Part shown: piece after piece, positions 1 through 10,694 of the stretch
Position numbering within the stretch: the stretch's first letter is position 1
Layout of the letters: every line of letters starts with the position of its first letter
From: an uncultured delta proteobacterium
Lineage (GTDB): Bacteria > Myxococcota_A > Polyangia > Fen-1088
NCBI GenBank assembly: GCA_963796685.1
Contig: CAWCMR010000011.1
Span: 192,001 to 256,000, forward strand
DNA: 64,000 nucleotides
Reading direction: 5' to 3'
Program-made: the position numbers and the translations under genes
Notes under the pieces: generated by a model
Database searches by the model: none
Told to the model about the DNA's origin: nothing
What the model saw: only the letters and a program-made list of their open reading frames with translations

Positions 1-3
1 CGC

Positions 4-335
4 TCATGCCTCCAGGGCAATCCCCTTCTTTCCGGCAACGCCCCGATACAACTTGGTGAGGTTCAGCCCAAGCACAGCTCGTTGGCCGCAGAGGCCCATC
101 ATCGCGGTTGAGCGTGCCGCTGGGCGGTTGAATCCGTATTTGGAGCACTTGATGGTGCCAATCGACCCTTCGACCATCGCGCGCTCCCTGACGAGCCGGT
201 CCTTCACCTTGCCCTCGACCTCCCACGGCGTCCGTTCCCGGGGAGCCAAGCCAATATCGCGAACGCCAAGCTTGCCGAGGCGCTCCACGTTCTCTCTGCT
301 GTACCCACCACGGTCGTAGGCATAGGCACCTATTG
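4..335 (-). mobile_element. IS5-like DDE transposase, C-terminal remnant
   Basis: Frame reads AYDRGGYS...RERAMVEGSIGTIKCSKYGFNR, resembling the DDE transposase C-terminal signature; in-frame stop just upstream near 365, so the N-terminus is absent. Confidence 0.7.
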
Positions 336-420
336 GCTCTGCTTGACCGCTTGTGCGCCATGCTCACCCGGTTGGCTCACATGGCAGACCGGCCTTCCGG
401 TTCAGCCCAGATCGGCCAGC

Positions 421-587
421 GTGAGCGGTCGCGGTAGCGTGAGCGCCCAGCGTGTCGCGGCTCGCGTGCGCGATTTGCGTGAGCGTGCGCGGCCCGCGAC
501 CCGCGGAGCGCTCCCGCCTATCGCACCACGCTTTTCGCCTGTCGCGTGCCGCCCACGAACACGCTCACCCTCACGCTCACGCGGCCC
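421..587. repeat. Hexamer-periodic inverted repeat (GTGAGC / GCTCAC arms)
   Basis: gtgagcggtcgcggtagcgtgagcg...cgtgagcgtgcgc followed by the complementary cacgaacacgctcaccctcacgctcacgc. Confidence 0.55.
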
Positions 588-707
588 GCAAGCCGCTAGC
601 CGCGGGCCGGCCCTTCGGGCGGCCCGCAATTACCCGACAAGCTCTAGATATTTCCGTTCCAGTACCGCCGCCGGGCCGATGGCCCGGATCCTTTACGCAT
701 GAAACGT

Positions 708-878
708 GCCCCTCACCCGCCTCGCTGCGCTCGGCGACCTCTTCCCGCTCCGCTCCGCTGCGCGGGGCGAGGTGGTTTCAGGTCAGCCCTGCGGGCACCT
801 CGGGTCCTGCACACCCTCTCCCTGGCCCCGCGGCTTCGCCGCGCCCTCGCCCGCTTCACTCCGCTACGCGGGGCGAGG
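708..878. repeat. REP-like palindromic repeats (CCCCTCACCC...GGGGCGAGG)
   Basis: Two GC-rich stem-loop units ending in gcggggcgagg; same family as the cluster at 12.0-12.5 kb. Confidence 0.6.
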
Positions 879-950
879 TATTTCAGGGCAGACCTGACAC
901 CTTTCCACGCCGGACGCACGCAGCCCATCGGAACATCGGAACGATGACGG

Positions 951-1037
951 GTGGTCGTGGACGTAGACGGCTTACCGTGGTCGTGGCCGTGGCCGTGGCA
1001 ATTGCAACCGGCCACGACCACGACCACGACCACGACC
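951..1037. repeat. Hexamer-periodic inverted repeat (GTGGYC)n / (CACGAC)n
   Basis: gtggtcgtggccgtggccgtgg-caattgcaaccgg-ccacgaccacgaccacgaccacgac can fold into a long hairpin. Confidence 0.75.
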
Positions 1038-1075
1038 TTCTGCGGCTATCGCGGGATTGGGGGTATATTCAACGG

Positions 1076-2596
<1,521 letters not shown>

Positions 2597-2707
2597 GAGG
2601 GCTGGCTGGGCCGAAAAGGCACGGTTTGCCGTGAAGCCTTTTCCCGGAGCAAGCGCCCGAAGCGCGCTTGCTGACTGCGCACACCGGCCAATGGCGCCCG
2701 GGCGGGT

Positions 2708-2722
2708 TGGCACCGGGTTTGC
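2708..2722 (+). promoter_or_regulatory. Sigma54 -24/-12 promoter
   Basis: TGGCAC-cgggt-TTGC matches the consensus with exact spacing, 15 nt before ATG 2738. Confidence 0.85.
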
Positions 2723-2737
2723 GATAGGGCTAGGGTC

Positions 2738-3814
2738 ATGCGTCTCGAATCCGCCATCGTGCTGGTCTTGCTGGTGGGCTGCGAGCAAGGCCCGCCGCCG
2801 TTCGAGGAGCTGCCGCTGCGGGATGCGCTGCACGCCGATCCCGACGTGGTGGCTTCGTTGTCGGACAGCGCACGCGTGACACTGGCCGCACGCTTCGAGG
2901 CCGCGCGAGCAAAGGACGACCGCACCGACGAGGTTGCGACCGGCGAAGCGGGCTTACCCATCGCCATGGTGGCGGCGCTCGATGGCGTGCGCGTGCGCCG
3001 CAAGGCCGAGCCTTTGGCGGTGGGGATCTTGAGCAACGGAGCGGCGTGGTCCGTCCGGGAGCGCGCGTATCCGTCCCACGCGCCGGGGCTGCCGCCCATC
3101 GAGGGCACGCGCGCGGCGGCGACGGCGACCATGGAGGAAAGGTCTCTTCAGGGCGAGGCTGGCGCGGCGTTGCGTGCCCTCTTGGTCGCGTCCGGAGCCC
3201 ATCGTCTGTATCGCGTGGTCGGTTGGCCGGCGGGCGCGGTGGCCATCGAGGATACGGTCTATGTGAACGGGTCCTGGTTGGTCAGCCTGGCTCCTGCCGG
3301 CGCGGACGGAGGAGCTGCCGACGGAGCGGCCGAGCCCGGCATCGCGGCGGCTGGTGGTGTTCCCAACAGCGCAGCCGGCGCTGCCTCGCCTGGTGGAATC
3401 GCACCCGCGCATGTCGCACCCGTCGAGATCCTTCGTGGCGCCCTGACCTCGGCGAGTCGTGGCGACGCTGGCGTCGTGCAGCAGCCTTCAGGCGCCGCTC
3501 CTCAATCGTCGTCGTCCGGCGACGTCGCCGACTCGTGTGCCACGTGTGCCGCCGGTTGCGACACCGGGGATGGCGAGTCTTGCGACAGCGGCGACGATTC
3601 GTGCTCGAGCCCGAGCGATGACAGCTACGACGGCGGCGGCGATCCCTGCGCCACTGCCAGCGACGATGGTGGTGGCGATGCCTGTGCCGGCGCCGGCGAC
3701 GGTACGGACGCCGCCAGTTGTCAGCTCTCCCGTGGCGGCAGGCACGGGAGCTCCGGAACCCGGATGTGGCTGCTTGCGCCCCTGGTCTTTCTGCTGTTGC
3801 GGAGACGACCGTGA
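2738..3814 (+). CDS. Putative lipoprotein with Cys/Asp-rich region and MYXO-CTERM-like C-terminus
   Basis: Lipobox-like LLVGC; tail ASCQLSRGG...MWLLAPLVFLLLRRRP (Cys, linker, hydrophobic stretch, Arg cluster). Confidence 0.7.
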   Translation: MRLESAIVLVLLVGCEQGPPPFEELPLRDALHADPDVVASLSDSARVTLAARFEAARAKDDRTDEVATGEAGLPIAMVAALDGVRVRRKAEPLAVGILSNGAAWSVRERAYPSHAPGLPPIEGTRAAATATMEERSLQGEAGAALRALLVASGAHRLYRVVGWPAGAVAIEDTVYVNGSWLVSLAPAGADGGAADGAAEPGIAAAGGVPNSAAGAASPGGIAPAHVAPVEILRGALTSASRGDAGVVQQPSGAAPQSSSSGDVADSCATCAAGCDTGDGESCDSGDDSCSSPSDDSYDGGGDPCATASDDGGGDACAGAGDGTDAASCQLSRGGRHGSSGTRMWLLAPLVFLLLRRRP

Positions 3815-4650
3815 GACCGTGGGCGGTTGCCTGGGTGTTGCAGCGGGGGTTGCCGGGTTGGCTCGTTCCCGATTACTTCAAGCTTGCGGTCATCGCGGCG
3901 CTGGCCGCGTCGGTTATCGCTCTTCGCCTGGCCGCGCACGACCGCGCGTCGGCATTGAACACCGCGCGCGCCATTGCCTGCGCGTACGTGGGCGCCCTGG
4001 CGGGCGGGTACGTGTTCGAGGCGGCGCGGGCGCTGCCCCTGGCGCTGGCCTCGGGCGTGTGGCGTCCCGTCCTGCATCCGGGGCGGGCCGCCTATGGCGG
4101 ATTGCTCGGCGCCAGCGGGGCGGCCGCGCTTTACTTGGCGGCCACCCGGCAACCCATCGTCGCGTTCTTCGACCGCATCGCCGTGGGGACGGGGCTCAGC
4201 TTCACATTCGTTCGCACCGGCTGTTTTCTCGCTGGTTGCGACTACGGCCTTCCCACGGCGCACGCCTGGGGCGTTCGCTTTCCACCCGGCAGTCTGGCCG
4301 CGCTGGATCATGCCCGCCGCGGCTTCATCCCACGGGGCGCGCCCAGCCTGCCCGTTCATCCCACGCAACTCTACGAAGCCGCTTTAGGCCTGGTGGCCGC
4401 TGCGCTGGCGGCCTTGGTGCTCGCGCGCGGGCGACGCAACGGCCGCGCGTTCTCGCTCGTCCTCGCTGTCTATGCCGCCGGCCGCTTCGCCATCGAATTC
4501 TGGCGTGGCGATCGGGATCGCGGACACGCCCTCGGCCTGTCGACCGCGCAATGGGTGTCGGTGGCGATCGGACTGGCGCTGCTTGTACTGGTGGTGCGTC
4601 GCCGGACCAGCCATATTGGTCGAACGGGCCAATCCTTCAGGACCTCTTGA
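3811..4650 (+). CDS. lgt: Prolipoprotein diacylglyceryl transferase (Lgt) family paralogue
   Basis: AYGGLLG, RTGCFLAGCDYG, HPTQLYEA, RFAIEFWR motifs; GTG overlaps the upstream stop (GTGA). Confidence 0.85.
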   Translation: MRPWAVAWVLQRGLPGWLVPDYFKLAVIAALAASVIALRLAAHDRASALNTARAIACAYVGALAGGYVFEAARALPLALASGVWRPVLHPGRAAYGGLLGASGAAALYLAATRQPIVAFFDRIAVGTGLSFTFVRTGCFLAGCDYGLPTAHAWGVRFPPGSLAALDHARRGFIPRGAPSLPVHPTQLYEAALGLVAAALAALVLARGRRNGRAFSLVLAVYAAGRFAIEFWRGDRDRGHALGLSTAQWVSVAIGLALLVLVVRRRTSHIGRTGQSFRTS

Positions 4651-4730
4651 GATGCAAGTCCCTGAATATGCTTGTGCTTCACAAGTGGCGCGATTGTTAC
4701 TGTGGCAGTGCTCGGGGTCAACATGGTCAT

Positions 4731-5357
4731 CTAGTAAGGCCCCCGATTGAGCTCCCTCCATCGCTTTTGCGCGCCCACGAGTACGACGGCGATACCACCC
4801 AACTCGAAAATCCAGTTCAGCTTGAAGCTGAGGACTCGCTCGTTGAGCAGGCGGTCGATGTGGTGGAAAGACGAAGCGCGAATGAGCACGAAGATACCGA
4901 TGATGATGAGTCCAAGCCCCGCGAGTTTGGTGGATGCAGGAAGCGCTCTCGCGATGAAGAACATGAGCGTGGCCAAGACCGGCAAGCAAATCGCCATGGT
5001 CGCGATGAAGGCGACCTGAAACTTGAAGCGGATGCCGTACCAGCCCTCTGCCTTGGCGCGACCGCGCAGGAATTCCGTCATCGCGGTTTGCAGGTCGAGT
5101 TGCTTGTTGAGGCATAGAAAAAGTAGAACGCCAAAAATGACGCTCCAGAATCGCCTTTCCTCGCGCCTGATGCCGTCCGCCTGCGCGGAAAAACGGCCCC
5201 GTAGCCGGTAGCAAGACCACGTCGCGGTTGCGTAGGCCACCACGGTGAACCACCCCAAAAACGTGGGATCGCCGATACCAGGGGACCAATTTCCGACCCA
5301 ACCTGATCCCTCTGGCAGTGTGAAATCGACAGCGGCGAGCACGACAGCGGACACCAT
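4731..5357 (-). CDS. Conserved hypothetical multi-pass membrane protein
   Basis: About five hydrophobic segments; WSPGIGDPT and KQLDLQT motifs. Confidence 0.7.
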   Translation of the reverse strand: MVSAVVLAAVDFTLPEGSGWVGNWSPGIGDPTFLGWFTVVAYATATWSCYRLRGRFSAQADGIRREERRFWSVIFGVLLFLCLNKQLDLQTAMTEFLRGRAKAEGWYGIRFKFQVAFIATMAICLPVLATLMFFIARALPASTKLAGLGLIIIGIFVLIRASSFHHIDRLLNERVLSFKLNWIFELGGIAVVLVGAQKRWRELNRGPY

Positions 5358-5510
5358 GACGGCTATTTACCCCGTCCTCTTCGAAAAGGCCGCACTGGTC
5401 AGATCGCCTCCGTGCGGCGATCCAACCCTTTGGGCGTGCCGCTCTGAAGCAACTGGCTGCGCTCTGCGACTTCGAGCAGCACAGCCGGTTGCGGCGGCGA
5501 TGATGGAAGC

Positions 5511-6653
5511 CTACTGCAGCTTCGCGGCGATGTTCTCGAGCAGCGTGGCGAGCTCGGCGCGATCGGCATCGCGTCCGGATTGCGCCGCGGCGATGGAGCG
5601 GATGGTGGGCACCAGGGTCTTGTCGGCGTACGGGCTGGTCTTGAGGATCTCGGCCAGCGCGGCCACCGCCGTCGCCCATTGCATGTCGGCGTCGGCAGCC
5701 GAAAGCTCTTCGGACAGCAGGGCGCTGGGCAGCGTGGTCGACATCTCGATGGCCGGCGTGGTGTCCACGGCGTCGACGGTCTTGTAGCGGACCTTGACCA
5801 GCACGAAGTCGTCGGCGCCGACCTCACGCGGCAGCGTCGAGGGCTCGCCGTCGTCGGGAACCGGCGCGCCGGCCGTCATGGGCACGGTGCCGCCGGCGAG
5901 CACGAGCTCGTAGAGCGCGGTCACGCGGTGGCCGGCCCCGACCTCGCCGGCGTCGACCGCGTCGTTGCGGAAGCTCTGGTCGGCGATGGCCCGATCTTCG
6001 TAGCCGAGCAGGCGGTAGGCCAGCACCCTGTCCGGGTTGAGCTCGACCTGCAACTTCATGTCCTTGGCCACGTGGGTGATGGTCGAGAGAATCTTCTCCG
6101 CCGCGTACTTCTGCGCCGAGGCCTCGTCAATGATCACGCTGTAGATGCCGTTTCCGGCATCGGCCACCTGCTCCATCATGGCGTCGTTGAGATTTCCGCT
6201 GCCGAACCCGAGCACGGTCAGGGTCACGCCGGTCGCCCGCTCCGAGCGAATAAGGCTGAGCAGCTCGGCGGTGGAGGACGGCCCCACGTTGAAATCGCCA
6301 TCGGTGCACATCACGATGTGGTTGATGCCGCCCGCGATGAATCCCGCCGTGGCCTGGGCATAGGCCAGGCCGATGCCGTCCTCCCCGGCCGTGCTGCCGC
6401 TGGCCGACAGGGCGGCCACCGCGGCGGCTATGTTGGCGCGCTTCTCCATCGAGGTCGGGGGCAGCACGACTTGCGCCGTGGTCGAGTACGTCACCAGGGA
6501 CTCGTGATCGCTGTCGTCCAGCTGGTCCAGCGTGGCCAGGATCGTCTCCTTGATCAGCGGCAGCTTGTTCGAGTCGGCCATGCTGCCCGAAACGTCGAGC
6601 AGGAAGACCAGATTGGTGGCCTTCTTGACGAAGGGGGGCGGCAGCGCAGCCAC
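5511..6653 (-). CDS. YfbK-family VWA domain protein, probably 5'-truncated
   Basis: MIDAS DVSGS, TDGDFNVG, YRLLGYEDR, DAGEVGAGH; lacks the usual N-terminal signal/vWF_A region. Confidence 0.85.
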   Translation of the reverse strand: MAALPPPFVKKATNLVFLLDVSGSMADSNKLPLIKETILATLDQLDDSDHESLVTYSTTAQVVLPPTSMEKRANIAAAVAALSASGSTAGEDGIGLAYAQATAGFIAGGINHIVMCTDGDFNVGPSSTAELLSLIRSERATGVTLTVLGFGSGNLNDAMMEQVADAGNGIYSVIIDEASAQKYAAEKILSTITHVAKDMKLQVELNPDRVLAYRLLGYEDRAIADQSFRNDAVDAGEVGAGHRVTALYELVLAGGTVPMTAGAPVPDDGEPSTLPREVGADDFVLVKVRYKTVDAVDTTPAIEMSTTLPSALLSEELSAADADMQWATAVAALAEILKTSPYADKTLVPTIRSIAAAQSGRDADRAELATLLENIAAKLQ

Positions 6654-6965
6654 GGGTGGTTCCCGGATGCTTTGGCCAAGATCCAGAGGATCGAGGCGAC
6701 GTATTCAGGACACGTGTGTCGTGTTTGATGCCGCCCCACCAGAGGTTCTGGGACGAAGGCGGCAAGAAGATCGAGCGTGTGAGCGTCGGCGACAACATCG
6801 GAGTGCCCTGAGCGCTCGCACTTTGAAGGGTGGTTGGTCCGTGGTGCTGGTGAAAACCTGACAGATCCTGACCAAGAGCCGCACCAATGCTCGCGAAAAC
6901 ACGTCGAATCCTGGGCCTGCGGCTGGGGTCCCGGCCGGCACCCAAGTTGCACTTCGCCCGGCTCA

Positions 6966-7531
6966 TGCGAAGAACGGTTCTTGCCCTGTGCCCGCTTGCG
7001 GCTGTGCTCTTGTCGAGCCCGTTGGCGCGCGCCGGGGATCGCGTCCGCATCGGCGCGACCGCGACGCTCGCCAACGCCGGGTTTTTCAACGACCTGGGCG
7101 TCGCCACCTGGTCGCCGGGTGCCGATGTGCGAGTCGCCGTACCTCTAGCGGCTTGGACATCGCTGGGTTTGTCGGCGGGGTACCAGCACGTGGTCAGGGA
7201 GCGGCAGCTCGCGACCATCGGCGTCGCCCCTCGCGACGTGGGCCACCTGTGGCTGGAGTGGAGCGCCTATGCGCCACGGCTCGGCGGCCGCCTCGAGCTA
7301 GGCGGACGCCTGGCCCTCGGCCTTGCCCACGCGTTCACCCACGAGCTGACCGGCGGGCCGGCCGGGGCCATCTATGGGACCGCCACATACTGGGTCACGA
7401 GTTGGCTCGCCGGTGCCCTCGAGCTCGGCGGCGGCATGAGCATCTTCTCCACGACGAACGACCCGGATGGCGCCAAGCCCGAGGGACTTGGCCTGTCTTC
7501 CTTGAAGCTGGGCGTCCTTGCCCGCTTCTAG
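6966..7531 (+). CDS. Putative small outer-membrane beta-barrel protein
   Basis: Signal peptide ending ARA, alternating amphipathic strands, C-terminal Phe (LGVLARF). Confidence 0.6.
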
Positions 7532-7556
7532 TCGGCGATCGCTGGGCCCGGGTGTC

Positions 7557-7760
7557 CTACTTTCCGATCATCACGTCGGTGGATTTGACGATGGCGACGA
7601 CGGTGTCGCCGACCTTGAGAGACAGCCGGTCGATGGACGCGAGCGTGATGGTGGACGTGACGGTCTGACCGCCGATGTCCACCGCGACCTCGCCCATGAC
7701 GCTGCCGCGGACGATTTGCTTGACCGTTCCCCTGAGCTGGTTGCGCGCGCTGATTTCCAT
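7557..7760 (-). CDS. Molybdate-binding TOBE/Mop (molbindin) protein
   Basis: MEISARNQLRG...ITLASIDRLSLKVGDTVVAIVKSTDVM is the classic Mop signature. Confidence 0.92.
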   Translation of the reverse strand: MEISARNQLRGTVKQIVRGSVMGEVAVDIGGQTVTSTITLASIDRLSLKVGDTVVAIVKSTDVMIGK

Positions 7761-8158
7761 GACGTGAAAATCCCAGCCCGAGCCGTTCGAGTCAAGAGGC
7801 CGCGCGCGAGCGCGCAAGAGTTTACGGAACGGAAACGTGCGCCGCCGAGGACGCGACCCGCCGCCCGAGCAAACGCCGCTCGGACGCGGCCGACGTTTCT
7901 CGCCTGCTGGAAGAACACCGGAATTGGCGCGCGAGCTCCCCGGCGTGCGAGATCATCTCGCTCGGGTCGACGACATGATTCGGGGAAGGTAGGTAGCACG
8001 CGGCCAAGACGTGGAATCCCGGCTGTCTTCCGTAGTCCATAGACGGGGTTCGCGATGGGACAAACTGCGCCCACCCACTCTACTCACCTGCTTCTTCGAT
8101 GCCGCCTGTTCCTAAGAACGGATACCTACATGCCAATGTTAAGTGATAATAGACGAAC

Positions 8159-8635
8159 GTGTCCCAAGTCCGTTCCACTCCGAGCTTCGCAGGTTTGGCC
8201 CCGACTTCTGCTGGGGCCCGCGCGGCGGCGCGTGGATCGAGTCGGAAGCGCGATACCAAGTGCGAGCTCCTTCTTCGGCGTGAGCTCACTCGGCTGGGAT
8301 TGCGCTACCGGCTGACGACCTCGCTTCCCGGACGGCCGGATGTCGTCTTTCCCGGAGCCAAGGTCGCCGTGTTCTGCGATGGGGACTTCTGGCACGGCCG
8401 CAACCTTGACGAGCGGTTGAGCAGGCTCGAGCAGGGTCACAACGCTGCCTACTGGAGGGCCAAGATCAAAACGAACGTCGCGCGTGACTGCCGGGTCACG
8501 TCTGAGCTGGAGGCTGCCGGGTGGCTTGTGCTTCGCTTCTGGGAGGGTGACCTGAGGCGAAGCCCAGCCGAGCTCGCAACGCAGGTCGAGGCCGCAGTGT
8601 CAGCCCGAAGGTCAGGCCGGCAGTCTATCGAGTAG
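8159..8635 (+). CDS. vsr: Very short patch repair endonuclease
   Basis: DTKCELLLR, LPGRPDVVF, FCDGDFWHG, YWRAKIKTNVARD, GWLVLRFWE. Confidence 0.93.
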   Translation: MSQVRSTPSFAGLAPTSAGARAAARGSSRKRDTKCELLLRRELTRLGLRYRLTTSLPGRPDVVFPGAKVAVFCDGDFWHGRNLDERLSRLEQGHNAAYWRAKIKTNVARDCRVTSELEAAGWLVLRFWEGDLRRSPAELATQVEAAVSARRSGRQSIE

Positions 8636-8853
8636 CCTCGGGAGGTCGGCCTCCCATCCTGGTCCTGCGACAATCACGCGTGCCGATAGTCGACCGGGAC
8701 AGGTTCGGTGTGGTTCCAGAGAGGAGGTAAGGGAGAACTTGAATTCCCAGCGCTCAGTAATCGGGTGAAGGCAAGCGGCCAGCACCTCGAACTGGCTTCC
8801 TTCGTAGTATCGACTGCATGGATTGGATTTTGAGGCCCGCGTCTTTTGGAAAT

Positions 8854-9105
8854 CTACGACGGGCCCATGCCGTACTTGATCTGGAACCTATGCTCGTCCG
8901 CCGGCCGCCCATCCTGTCGGTATTTGTTGGCTGTGAATGCGTAGCAGATCAGCTCGACAACGCGCCCGTCTGGAAAGGCGACCTTCAGCATGAAGGGCGC
9001 CAGCTTGGGATCCGGCCGTTCGATGACGCGCCCCCCGCTGGCCTCGATTGCGGCCTCAATTTGGGACACTACCGGCTCGCGTCGAATGACCGAATATCTC
9101 TCCAT
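8854..9105 (-). pseudogene. N-terminal fragment of a putative restriction endonuclease
   Basis: Protein-like 83 aa ORF (ICYAFTANK...RPADEHRFQIKYG) divergent from the C5 methylase, ending abruptly; function inferred from context. Confidence 0.5.
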
Positions 9106-9221
9106 GCCGGGCGATCTTCGGGCGAGATGCCGAATAGGTCAAGTGACCGAGTGCAGCGGTTGGGACCTCCGCCGTAAACATGTACCGCGGAGCCCAATTC
9201 TACTAGACTACGACCTTCAGG

Positions 9222-10472
9222 ATGGCACGTCCCAAAGTACTCAGTCTCTACACCGGCGCAGGCGGCCTGGACTATGGCTTCGAGGCAGCAGGTTTTGCGA
9301 CAAGCGTTGCTGTCGAGATGAATCATGACGCGTGCGAGACTCTCAGGGCCGCTCGGAAATGGCCCGTGATCGAGCGGAACATTTTCGACGTTCCTACCTC
9401 GGAAATGCTGGAGGCTGCTGAAACCCGACCTGGCGAGATCGATGTTCTGATTGGGGGCCCGCCATGCCAGCCGTTCTCAAAATCTGGGTACTGGGCGCGA
9501 GGCGACTCGCTGCGACTCGAGGATCCTCGTGCCGGAACCCTGGGCGCCTACCTGCGCGTCCTGCAGGAGGCGCGCCCGCGGACGTTCTTGCTTGAGAACG
9601 TGGAGGGGCTCGCCTATCGGGGCAAGGATGAAGGACTTCGGCTTTTGCTCGGCGTCATTGATGACATAAACCAGCGCACGCGCAGCCGGTACCGTCCAGT
9701 CTTCGCTGTGCTCGGTGCAGCAGACTATGGGGTGCCGCAATTCCGAAACCGCTTCGTCATGGTGGCTTCGCGAGATGGCCACCAGTTTCGGTTTCCCGAC
9801 CCAACCCACTCGGACCAACCGAGCCTCTTCGGCGATGCCTTGCCGTACCGAACCGCCTGGGATGCGTTGGCCGATGTAGAGCCCGACCCCGATGAAGATC
9901 TTGAGGTGAAGGGAAAGTGGGCTGAGCTACTGCCATCCATCCCTGAGGGGAAAAACTATCTGTTCCACACGGATCGGGACGAGGGCTTGCCACTTTTCGG
10001 TTGGCGTCGGCGATACTGGTCCTTCCTCCTGAAGCTCGCCAAGAATCGCCCCTCCTGGACCGTACAAGCGCAGCCTGGCCCCGCGGTCGGGCCGTTTCAC
10101 TGGCACAACCGTCGGCTGTCAGTCCGAGAGCTGTGCCGCCTCCAAACATTCCCCGACGACATATGGCCAGTTGGAGGCCGCACGTCGGTCCAGAGGCAGA
10201 TCGGCAATGCTGTACCGTCGTTGCTCGCCGAGGTGATCGCTCGTGCGATCCGGGTACAGCTTCTGGGTCTGTCCCGCCCCAGTGGCACTCCGAAGCTGTT
10301 GCCACTGGCTCGCTCGCCCGTACCTCCCCCTGAACCGGTGCGCCCGGTTCCGCGCCGATTCCGGTCCCTTCAGGGCCAGCACGACCCTCACCCGGGCACA
10401 GGCAGAGGATACGCGGCCTGCAAACGTGGTGAACAGGGCGAGGCCGAACAGGCTGAGGCGTCCTTGTTCTAG
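9222..10472 (+). CDS. DNA (cytosine-5)-methyltransferase
   Basis: Motif I SLYTGAGG, IV GGPPCQPFS, VI ENV, VIII QFRNR, IX RRLSVRELCRLQTFP, X QIGNAVP. Confidence 0.96.
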   Translation: MARPKVLSLYTGAGGLDYGFEAAGFATSVAVEMNHDACETLRAARKWPVIERNIFDVPTSEMLEAAETRPGEIDVLIGGPPCQPFSKSGYWARGDSLRLEDPRAGTLGAYLRVLQEARPRTFLLENVEGLAYRGKDEGLRLLLGVIDDINQRTRSRYRPVFAVLGAADYGVPQFRNRFVMVASRDGHQFRFPDPTHSDQPSLFGDALPYRTAWDALADVEPDPDEDLEVKGKWAELLPSIPEGKNYLFHTDRDEGLPLFGWRRRYWSFLLKLAKNRPSWTVQAQPGPAVGPFHWHNRRLSVRELCRLQTFPDDIWPVGGRTSVQRQIGNAVPSLLAEVIARAIRVQLLGLSRPSGTPKLLPLARSPVPPPEPVRPVPRRFRSLQGQHDPHPGTGRGYAACKRGEQGEAEQAEASLF

Positions 10473-10694
10473 TTGAAGGTCCTAGACGAGACTGGCTGCG
10501 GCCTGTCAGGACTCGCTCAAATTTCAATCGTCGCGGTCTTCGAGACCAGCGGTTCTCCTTCAGCCGGAATGCTCTTGTGCCCCTGGCAGGCACCAGATAC
10601 GCCGCCCGCGAACAAGAAGGCATTATTGCCATCGCCGAGCTGGCTGACAGCAAGGTTCGGCTTCCAGAGGAGCCTGGCCTTCACATCGCTTGGG

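Noticed and set aside
452-1075. Long N-terminal extension of the sigma54 activator with His-Asp repeats
   Set aside because: Translation of palindromic and hexamer repeats; not protein-like
2618-2629. Second sigma54-like site ggcacggtttgc
   Set aside because: GG-to-GC spacing is too short
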